Assembly (NCBI GenBank): GCA_004284765.1
Contig: NQJD01000002.1
Location: 180,001-212,000 of the forward strand
Length of the DNA: 32,000 nt
Reading direction: 5' to 3'
Source: Candidatus Electronema aureum
Lineage (GTDB): Bacteria; Desulfobacterota; Desulfobulbia; Desulfobulbales; Desulfobulbaceae
In this document: in pieces, positions 25,523 to 32,000 of the stretch
Layout: every line of letters starts with the position of its first letter
Numbering within the stretch: the first letter of the stretch is position 1
Program-made: the position numbers and the translations under genes
Notes under the pieces: model-generated
Told to the model about the DNA's origin: nothing
Seen by the model: the letters and a program-made list of their open reading frames with translations, nothing else
Databases searched by the model: none

Positions 25523-25556
25523 GGTTTGGGGGTGAGCAGTCGCTCATCCCTAAACC
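25523..25556 (+). terminator. strong hairpin just after the fdh-like stop, with no U-tract
   Basis: 15-bp stem (two G-U pairs) with a 4-nt loop. No T-run follows, so intrinsic termination is uncertain. Confidence 0.4.
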
Positions 25557-25722
25557 AGCTGCCTTCCGCGTACTTCCCTGCCTTGGCCATCACCCAGCGC
25601 ATGAATGAGCATCCTCTGCATCCCTCTTCCAAGCCAGCTGCCCAGCCAGATCATTCAATTACTTCCATAGTGGTTGCGGCGCAGAATATAGGGTGGTGTG
25701 AGGAGCGAACTCCGGCACAAGG

Positions 25723-26747
25723 CTACTTCTTGAGAAACTCTTGTTTCCTCTCTTCGACGACTGCGCAGAAATCAGAGTTGTTTACATTGAAGAAGTCCTG
25801 AATCTCTTGCGAAAAACCGAAAACAGCCCATGGCGCAGACTCTGCGGCCAAGGACAGGCTACGGTCAGTCGCAATCTCACTGCCCTGAATTTCAGCTATT
25901 CCGCCCCGGCAGATCAAGCGTACACTATAGGTCTTGCCGGTTGGGATGTGAAATTGGTACTGTGCTTGGTGACTGTCTTATATGCCCAGAGCAAGTCACT
26001 GAACTGCAAGATATCAAACGTGAACCATGTTGACTTGATCAAAAAGTCTTTTGTAAGAGTCCAGCTGCTACCTGTGAAGCGAGGCGAAGAAGACTGCCTT
26101 TCTGCCGCTGAGGCGATAAGGATTGGATTGCCCCAGCGACTGATCCTTTTCATCAGCGGGTGCAGAGCTGGGTTCCGCCAATACCTCCACGCTGGAATGC
26201 CAATGTAGGCTAAGAAACCGCCTAAGCACACCAGCACGACTATTGCGAAGTATCCAATGGAACGGAAGGGCTGCGTTTCGAGATAAAAGGGATAGAACTG
26301 GCTGCGAATCTCCAGCATTTCCCTGCTGGAAAAAAGATGATTGCTCACCTCAGCAGGCATCTCCGCTAATGCGCCCTCAACAGTTGTCAGCGGGGTATAA
26401 TCGCCCTCATAGATGAGGAACTTTTCTCCTATAACCAGTCCATAGTACTTTGCTGACACCGACCGATCTGTTTCAACACCGTTCCGCGTGTGGACAGCAA
26501 ATTTTTGGATTCCTGTATCTATCGCTTTAGAGCCGGATATTCTGGCAAAGTACCGTGGTGTTTGCGACACATCACGAATAAGGTCGAGGTCAGCGGCACT
26601 AAGATCATAAGGCCCGTTGATAAAATTCTGAATGTAACGCTTCTGCACGAAGAGAAGCAGCGCAATACAGACGGCTATGACCGCACAGACTGTGATTCGA
26701 CGGATGCTTTTCTCTTTGATCATCCTGTAAATCCATGTATCCATCAC
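25723..26747 (-). pseudogene. two-TM membrane protein gene interrupted by a 1-nt frameshift
   Basis: Track ORF 25914..26747 ends ...WAYKTVTKHSTNFTSQPARPIVYA*. The adjacent frame continues FHIPTGKTYSVRLICRGGIAEIQG...EERKQEFLKK* down to 25723. The switch maps to the AAA run at 25951-25953. Confidence 0.6.
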
Positions 26748-26897
26748 TTTGATCTCCTGCTTGTTTTTTCATGCGCACATCCGGTTATGCCGCCTCCTGC
26801 GTTCAGATGGCAACGTAAACTGATCTTTCCCAAAAAGCAACCAAAACTTGCTGTGTTGCCAAAGTATTGCGAACTGCCCACCTCCCCCTCCCCCGCC

Positions 26898-26938
26898 GAT
26901 CATGCCTCGCACATCGGCGAGATGTGCGAGGCATGATC
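26898..26938. repeat. perfect 18-bp inverted repeat with a 5-nt spacer
   Basis: gatcatgcctcgcacatc-ggcga-gatgtgcgaggcatgatc. There is no adjacent T-run. It lies about 160 bp upstream of the candidate -24/-12 promoter. Confidence 0.7.
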
Positions 26939-27097
26939 TTGACAAAGTCCTACCGCAGCTCTACGCTGGCGAGCGCATAGCATAACCTGGGCAGACAAAG
27001 AGAGCTGCCCCTATCGGCAGGGCGAACCAAGGTGTCCGCCCTGATCTCTTCCGTTTGGCCTTTTGTTTATTTGTTCCTTTCCCATCCGCACTATTTT

Positions 27098-27114
27098 GGG
27101 TAAACTGACTGCAA
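27098..27114 (+). promoter_or_regulatory. candidate sigma-54 (-24/-12) promoter
   Basis: gGGtaaactgacTGCAa: GG at 27099-27100 and GC at 27111-27112 at the canonical spacing, with TGCA at -12. Other consensus positions match poorly. It is about 54 nt upstream of the ATG at 27166. Confidence 0.3.
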
Positions 27115-27165
27115 ACCCTCTTTGTGCCGTGTCCTTGCGGCCTGCAATCCAAACAGGAGAACACT

Positions 27166-27519
27166 ATGCTTGAAGTAACTGATTCAGCAGTTAAAAACGT
27201 TAAAGAGTATCTGAGCCAGCACAGCATCGAGTCTGCTGTCCGGGTCAGCATGATTTCTGGCGGCTGCTCTGGCCCCAGCCTGAGCTTGTCCATCGACGAA
27301 GCAAAAGACAGCGACCTGACCGTAGAGAAAGACGGGGTTAGCTTTGTTATGGACAAGGGCCTGTCAGCTACCTGCGGCGCAGTGAAGGTTGATTTCATTG
27401 AATCATCCGGTGGCTGTGGCTGCTCCGGTGGTGGTTTCACTATCACCTGCGAGAACCCCTTGCCCGGCGCACGGAGCGGCGGCTGTGGCGGTTCTTGCTC
27501 CTCTGGTTCCTGCTGTTAA
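27166..27519 (+). CDS. HesB/IscA-like Fe-S cluster insertion protein with a Cys/Gly/Ser-rich C-terminal tail
   Basis: The start was moved to the ATG at 27166, behind AGGAG. ISGGCSGPSLSLSID and GGCGCSGGGF supply the three canonical IscA cysteines. The extra tail is TCENPLPGARSGGCGGSCSSGSCC. Confidence 0.75.
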   Translation: MLEVTDSAVKNVKEYLSQHSIESAVRVSMISGGCSGPSLSLSIDEAKDSDLTVEKDGVSFVMDKGLSATCGAVKVDFIESSGGCGCSGGGFTITCENPLPGARSGGCGGSCSSGSCC

Positions 27520-27538
27520 TCTCCGTTCAAGGAGATGA

Positions 27539-27570
27539 GGGGTTACGGTGCGCCGTAACCCTGCTCGTTT
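27539..27570. terminator. hairpin between convergent genes
   Basis: gggttacgg-tgcg-ccgtaaccc followed by tgctcgtttc. Confidence 0.5.
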
Positions 27571-27587
27571 CAAGACAGTACGTCACC

Positions 27588-29207
27588 TCACTTCACCTTA
27601 TACTTCTTCGGCTCAATCCCATAGTTGTGAATTTTGTAGTTGATGATCCGCAGGCTGGTGTCTAAGCGTTCCGCCGCCTTGGTCTGGTTGCCATTGCATT
27701 GCTTGAGTGCTTCGATGATCAGGTCGCGCTCGAAATGCTCCACAGCGGAAGCTAAGGACAGCGGACTGCCGTTGCCGCTGCTGCCCACGCTCTCTGCGCT
27801 TTGCAAAGTAGGTGGCAGATGCACCGAGCTGACCGTACTGGAATCGCAGATCAGCACCGCCCGTTCCATACAGTTCTGCAATTCGCGCACATTGCCTGGC
27901 CAGTGGTATTTGATCAGCAGGTCAATCGCCGAGGTGGAGATGCGTTCGATCTTCTTACCGTTCTCTCGGCTGTACTGTTCGAGGAAATAGTCAGCGAGCA
28001 AGAGAATATCGGTGCGTCGCTCGCGCAAGGGCGGCAGATAAAGGGGAAAGACGTTGAGGCGATAATAGAGGTCTTCGCGGAACTTACCCTCGCGTACCGC
28101 TGCTTCCAAATCGCGATTGGTGGCCGCGACAAGGCGGATGTCCGCCTTGATCAGCTCTGCACCGCCGAGTCGCTGAAAGGTGCGTTCCTGAATCACATTT
28201 AACAGCTTCACCTGCACCGCCGTGCTGATCTCACCGATTTCATCGAGGAAGAGCGTGCCGCCTTGGGCTTGCTCGAAGCGGCCTGCCTTGCGTTCTACTG
28301 CGCCGGTGAAGGCTCCTTTCTCATGACCAAACAGCTCGCTTTCGAGCAAAGTTTCCGGCAGTGCCGAACAGTTGACGATCACAAAAGGCTTCTTCGCCCG
28401 GCCTGAGTTCTGATGTAAGGCTTTGGCCACCATGGATTTGCCCGTGCCAGATTCACCGCGCAGCAGCACCGTGGCGTTGGAGTTCGCCACCCGATGCACC
28501 ATCGCAAAGACCTCTTGCATCCTTGAGGAATTGCCGATAATCTCCTCAATCCGGTTCTTGGCAGATAGCTCACGTCGGAGCTGCTGATTCTCGTGGTGCA
28601 ATGCCTCCTTTTCTCGGCTGACGCTTTGAATGCGATGCACAGTCTGAGCAATCAGAGCACTAACTATGGTGAGAAAGCGGAGATCGCGCTCTGATTGCAG
28701 CCCGAATTCTTTTTCATAACAGCGGTCAATCGACAGCGCACCGATGGCGAGGCTTTCCGTCTGCATCCGCTGGCTATCAGCAGAGCTTTCTACTGCTGTT
28801 TTGATCGGCACACAGATGAACGAGCTTTTCCGCTTCTGCTCCTCAGTGCGCATCCCGGTACGGTTGAGGAAAAGCGGCTCCTCAGCGATCTGCGGCACAA
28901 TGACTGGCTCACCGGTAGCAACGACTCGCCCAGTGATGCCCTCACCTAATTTGTAGCGACCTTTTTTCCGAGCAGCAGGTGTGCTGCCACAAGCCACCTC
29001 AATTTCTAACTCCCGCGTCACCGGATTAACAATAGTGACAGTGCCGTTCTGCATTTTTTTTAGGGCAGCGAGAATGCTGACCACCTTATCTAAGGCCTCC
29101 TGAAGATCAGTGGCAGCAGCAAGATTTCTGGTAATTTCATAGAGACAGGAGAGGTCTTGCAAGGCAAGTTCCTGGTCAGCCGAGGAAGTTCCGGCATCAG
29201 CATTCAT
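27588..29207 (-). CDS. sigma-54-dependent transcriptional activator with a GAF sensor (NifA-like architecture: GAF, AAA+, HTH)
   Basis: [15 protein letters not shown] (Walker A), [15 protein letters not shown] (the GAFTGA motif), the C-terminal Fis-type [23 protein letters not shown], and an N-terminal GAF-like [18 protein letters not shown]...GEGITGRVV. Confidence 0.9.
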   Translation of the reverse strand: MNADAGTSSADQELALQDLSCLYEITRNLAAATDLQEALDKVVSILAALKKMQNGTVTIVNPVTRELEIEVACGSTPAARKKGRYKLGEGITGRVVATGEPVIVPQIAEEPLFLNRTGMRTEEQKRKSSFICVPIKTAVESSADSQRMQTESLAIGALSIDRCYEKEFGLQSERDLRFLTIVSALIAQTVHRIQSVSREKEALHHENQQLRRELSAKNRIEEIIGNSSRMQEVFAMVHRVANSNATVLLRGESGTGKSMVAKALHQNSGRAKKPFVIVNCSALPETLLESELFGHEKGAFTGAVERKAGRFEQAQGGTLFLDEIGEISTAVQVKLLNVIQERTFQRLGGAELIKADIRLVAATNRDLEAAVREGKFREDLYYRLNVFPLYLPPLRERRTDILLLADYFLEQYSRENGKKIERISTSAIDLLIKYHWPGNVRELQNCMERAVLICDSSTVSSVHLPPTLQSAESVGSSGNGSPLSLASAVEHFERDLIIEALKQCNGNQTKAAERLDTSLRIINYKIHNYGIEPKKYKVK

Positions 29208-29230
29208 AGCGAATCAGAGACAAGAGATTG

Positions 29231-29259
29231 TTGACAAGAATCGTGCTGCATGGTATATC
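29231..29259 (+). promoter_or_regulatory. candidate sigma-70 promoter for the tRNA-Ser pair
   Basis: TTGACA-N17-TATATC, with its 3' end about 18 nt upstream of the first tRNA. Confidence 0.55.
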
Positions 29260-29276
29260 CTTCTTGCGTAGAAGCT

Positions 29277-29362
29277 GGAGGAATGGCCGAGCGGTTGAAG
29301 GCGGCGGTCTTGAAAACCGTTGTGCGAAAGCACCGTGGGTTCGAATCCTACTTCCTCCGCCA
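29277..29362 (+). tRNA. tRNA-Ser (anticodon UGA)
   Basis: Manual cloverleaf: acceptor GGAGGAA/TTCCTCC, anticodon loop CTTGAAA, long variable arm GTGC-GAAA-GCAC, T-loop GGTTCGAATCC, encoded CCA. Confidence 0.92.
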
Positions 29363-29377
29363 AAATCGACGTATCCC

Positions 29378-29469
29378 GGAGAGATGACCGAGTGGCCGAT
29401 GGTGCTCGCCTGCTAAGCGAGTGTAGGGGTAAAACCCTACCGAGGGTTCAAATCCCTCTCTCTCCGCCA
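29378..29469 (+). tRNA. tRNA-Ser (anticodon GCU)
   Basis: Acceptor GGAGAGA/TCTCTCC, anticodon stem CTCGC/GCGAG with loop CTGCTAA, long variable arm TAGGG-GTAAAA-CCCTA, T-loop GGTTCAAATCC, encoded CCA. Confidence 0.92.
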
Positions 29470-29484
29470 TCATCAAGTGCAAAA

Positions 29485-29517
29485 AACCCGTTCCTGCATA
29501 AGGAACGGGTTTTTTTA
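29485..29517. terminator. bidirectional rho-independent terminator
   Basis: aacccgttcc-tgcataa-ggaacgggtt is flanked by an A-run and a T-run. It lies between the tRNA operon (+) and the SH3 gene (-). Confidence 0.8.
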
Positions 29518-29547
29518 TCTGCTGCTTTGTGCTGGCAGTCTGCCGCA

Positions 29548-29994
29548 TCAAAATCCCCAGAGCAAGTCATCGTTCACCCAGCCGGTCACGCTGCCTTGCC
29601 TGACCTTAACCCAGCCTTTTTTCTTTTCCAGCGTTTTAAACACCACGCCATAACTGGCTTTGGCCACGATGTTACTGCGGGTATGGGGACGGCTACGGAG
29701 ATTGATTGTTTTCTTTTTAACAATCATGTGGCCCTGTTTACCCGCTACAGATGTGTGAACCCAACCAGAAGCACCCTCGAAATCCCGCACGTTGAGCCAT
29801 TTACCAGAACGCTTCTGCACCTTCAAGGGAAAACCTTGATCAAGTCGCCACAGCACTTTTCCTTTCTTGTCTGGCTTAGACAACATACTCACGTTATTAC
29901 GGTTAACGGCCACCATTTCGGCACGTGCTGCTGCTGTATTCAGGAACAGCAGAGATAATGCAAGCAGCAGAATGAAACAAGATGATTTCTTCAT
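29548..29994 (-). CDS. secreted protein with tandem bacterial SH3-like domains
   Basis: The start was moved to MKKSSCFILLLALSLLFLNTAAARA (a signal peptide). Two repeats follow the V..L..R..P....V...L..G.....K..G.W..V pattern and end with GWV. Confidence 0.7.
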   Translation of the reverse strand: MKKSSCFILLLALSLLFLNTAAARAEMVAVNRNNVSMLSKPDKKGKVLWRLDQGFPLKVQKRSGKWLNVRDFEGASGWVHTSVAGKQGHMIVKKKTINLRSRPHTRSNIVAKASYGVVFKTLEKKKGWVKVRQGSVTGWVNDDLLWGF

Positions 29995-30017
29995 GACGCT
30001 CCAGTTGAGTTGTTGAG

Positions 30018-30932
30018 TTATATCTTTTGAATCTTCCTTGGCCAGATACACTTCTTGGTTTTACCCAAATCAGGGCCGAACATCGGGAAGCCAGCTACTT
30101 CCACGGAAATGGCATCAAAGGCGCAGGCTTCAGTCATGCACTTCATACAGTTGACGCATTCGCAGCTGTTCGGATTTTCGTTAAACTTGATATCAACCGG
30201 ACATACTTTGTGACAGACTCCGCACCCGGTGCAGTTATCCTTATTCAGTTGGAGCCTGATCAGCTGAAAGCGGCTAAACAGGGCATAAAAGGCTCCCAAT
30301 GGACAAGCAGTGCGGCAGAACGGTCGAGAGGCAAAGACTGACCACGTTGTAAAGCCAAAGGCGATGATCAGCTTATTGACAAAAAGCCAGCCAACCGCGC
30401 CGCGTAGATTAGGATCAAGAAGCAACATGGGAATACCGGCCTGAAACGTACCTGCGGGGCAGACGTATTTACAGAACCAAGGCTGGCCCATGCCAGAATT
30501 ACTAACAAAGATCAACGGAAAAACGATGACCAGTAAAAGCAGGACAGCGTATTTTAGCCAGCGGAGCTGATCAGGAATCGAGAGCTTGCGCGAAGGTATC
30601 TTGTGCAGCAGTTCTTGAAAAAAGCCAAAAGGACAGGCCCAGCCGCAGATGAAGCGGCCAAAGACTGCTCCTAACATGCCGATAGAGCCGAGGACAAAGG
30701 CACCAAAATAATGTTGCCCGCTCTGGATGGAAAAACGGATATTGGCTAAAAGTTGCTGAAGCGTACCAATTGGGCAGAACGCGGTTGATGAAGGGCAGGA
30801 ATAGCAGTTAAGGCCGGGAGAACAAACCACCTTCATCGGTCCCTTGTAGATAGTGCGGGTCCAAGGAAAGGCCCAGTAGCCGTTCACTAAGAAAAACCAA
30901 ACTCCCTGTACCCACTTTCGCGCACGTTCCAT
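30018..30932 (-). CDS. NapH/MauN-like polytopic 4Fe-4S binding membrane protein
   Basis: Repeated membrane-edge CxxCP/CP(F/A/L)G motifs (CYSCP, CPFG, CPAG, CPLG), plus a C-terminal ferredoxin CTGCGVCHKVCP and CECVNCMKC. Confidence 0.8.
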   Translation of the reverse strand: MERARKWVQGVWFFLVNGYWAFPWTRTIYKGPMKVVCSPGLNCYSCPSSTAFCPIGTLQQLLANIRFSIQSGQHYFGAFVLGSIGMLGAVFGRFICGWACPFGFFQELLHKIPSRKLSIPDQLRWLKYAVLLLLVIVFPLIFVSNSGMGQPWFCKYVCPAGTFQAGIPMLLLDPNLRGAVGWLFVNKLIIAFGFTTWSVFASRPFCRTACPLGAFYALFSRFQLIRLQLNKDNCTGCGVCHKVCPVDIKFNENPNSCECVNCMKCMTEACAFDAISVEVAGFPMFGPDLGKTKKCIWPRKIQKI

Positions 30933-30934
30933 AA

Positions 30935-31084
30935 TTATCCTATGCCGATACAGCTCAGGCAGATGGATTTAGCCTGCTCCAGCACTCGCGCTGGCTCGTT
31001 CAGGGTCACCCCGACTATCCAAAGAAGGAGGAAAAACACCAATAACACAAAAGGGGTCTTACGAATTTCGATTTTCTTTCTCAT
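30935..31084 (-). CDS. 49-aa TM peptide with a C-terminal CxxC motif (not in the supplied ORF track)
   Basis: My translation of the minus strand: MRKKIEIRKTPFVLLVFFLLLWIVGVTLNEPARVLEQAKSICLSCIGIG*. GGAG lies 7 nt upstream. The stop is 2 nt before the ATG of the NapH-like gene. Confidence 0.6.
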   Translation of the reverse strand: MRKKIEIRKTPFVLLVFFLLLWIVGVTLNEPARVLEQAKSICLSCIGIG

Positions 31085-31113
31085 TACCGTCTCCACCTGA
31101 AAAGTATTGTACT

Positions 31114-31142
31114 GGTATAAAAACTGTAGCCGCTGCTGTCAA
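31114..31142 (-). promoter_or_regulatory. candidate sigma-70 promoter for the CXXC, NapH-like, SH3 operon
   Basis: The minus strand reads TTGACA-N17-TATACC about 30 nt upstream of the 49-aa ORF. Confidence 0.45.
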
Positions 31143-31273
31143 GTATTTTCGGGCGTTGTTCGTCCGCGCTCATAGAACGGTAGCCTGATTTTTTTCTATG
31201 CAATTCCAGCTTGGGCGGGGTAGAGTGCGGCTTTCGGTATTCTTCGTTTCAATCTCAGCCCGCAGAGACAGAC

Positions 31274-32000
31274 ATGTTTTGCACCGATATCCTCGTCATC
31301 GGCAGCGGCGTGGCAGGCTTGTCCTTCGCCCTCAAGATTTCCGCCTTTGCCCGCGTCACCCTGATCACTAAGAAGAAAAAGGCCGACAGTGCCACCAACT
31401 TGGCGCAGGGCGGTGTGGCAGCAGTGCTGTCTGCTGAAGATCGATTGGAGGATCATGTCAATGATACCCTCATTTCTGGCGACGGTCTCTGCAATGAAGA
31501 AATCGTCCGCTTGGTGGTGACTGAAGGGCCAGAGCGGGTACGAGAGTTAGCCCTTCTTGGTGTGAACTTCCAGCGCGGCAAGGCAGGCGGGGAATTTGAT
31601 CTCGGCATGGAGGGCGGTCATTCCGCCCGGCGGGTGGCGCACGCCAAAGACCTGACTGGTCGCGAGATTGAGACTGCCCTGCTTGCTCAAGTTTATGCCA
31701 ACCCGCAGATCGAGGTGCTGGAAGATCACATGGCTATCGATCTGCTCATAGAATCGAAGGCCACGGGCTGGAAAGAGGGCAATGACCGCTGCCTCGGTGC
31801 CTACGTCCTCAATCGCAGCACCGGCGAGGTCGAAACGTGGCGGGCCAAAGTGACGGTGCTGTGCAGCGGCGGTTGCGGCAAGGTCTATCGTTACACGACC
31901 AACCCGGATATTGCCACGGGCGACGGCGTGGTCATGGCGTGGCGGGCAGGCGCACAAGTAGCAAACTTGGAGTTTGTCCAATTCCACCCCACGTGCTTCT
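31274..32000 (+). CDS. nadB: L-aspartate oxidase, 3'-truncated by the window edge (not in the supplied ORF track)
   Basis: My translation: MFCTDILVIGSGVAGLSFAL...ATNLAQGGVAAVL...DTLISGDGLC...EGGHSARRVAHAKDLTG...CSGGCGKVYRYTTNPDIATGDGVVMAWRAG...EFVQFHPT. These are canonical NadB motifs. Confidence 0.9.
   Translation, partial: MFCTDILVIGSGVAGLSFALKISAFARVTLITKKKKADSATNLAQGGVAAVLSAEDRLEDHVNDTLISGDGLCNEEIVRLVVTEGPERVRELALLGVNFQRGKAGGEFDLGMEGGHSARRVAHAKDLTGREIETALLAQVYANPQIEVLEDHMAIDLLIESKATGWKEGNDRCLGAYVLNRSTGEVETWRAKVTVLCSGGCGKVYRYTTNPDIATGDGVVMAWRAGAQVANLEFVQFHPTCF

Noticed and set aside
25511-25722. Short ORFs on both strands downstream of the fdh-like gene (for example MEEGCRGCSFMRWVMAKAGKYAEGSWF on the minus strand) that might be gene remnants.
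   Set aside because: I recognise no family motif. They overlap the strong post-fdh hairpin and have no RBS. Treated as non-coding.

Overview
The window looks like chromosomal DNA from a sigma-54-using, anaerobe-type (Desulfobulbales-like) deltaproteobacterium. That assignment is an inference from gene content only. Most of the window is housekeeping: glyQ (5'-partial), nadA, an HPF-cold-shock fusion, hemH, an M16C peptidase, a family-4-like UDG, ftsB, DUF523, tatC, serS, mpl, two tRNA-Ser genes and nadB (3'-partial). There is also redox metabolism: an MvhD-like gene followed by a 1366-aa 2Fe-2S/GltD-like/ferredoxin/formate-dehydrogenase fusion, and a NapH-like 4Fe-4S membrane protein operon. 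Four stretches look accessory or unusual. (1) A 2.3-kb single-gene insertion between glyQ and nadA encodes a NACHT-like P-loop NTPase with a block of about 8 TM helices, and it is bracketed by an imperfect ~75-bp duplication of the glyQ 3' end. (2) A 116-120-bp element with 17-bp terminal inverted repeats occurs three times; two copies are identical, sit in tandem downstream of mpl, and each has a perfect 5-bp flanking duplication. (3) A strongly AT-rich island (about 18.4-20.35 kb) encodes a 579-aa polytopic membrane protein. Its ATG overlaps the stop of a frameshifted relic of a second mpl 3' end, and a VOC-family gene fragment lies at the other edge. (4) A NifA-like GAF/sigma-54 activator lies next to a HesB/IscA-like gene with a Cys/Gly/Ser-rich tail, a candidate -24/-12 promoter and a perfect 18-bp palindrome. 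Three features are not in the supplied ORF track: a 49-aa CXXC ORF, nadB, and the true 5' extent of glyQ. All functional calls rest on motif recognition by eye; no database search was run.
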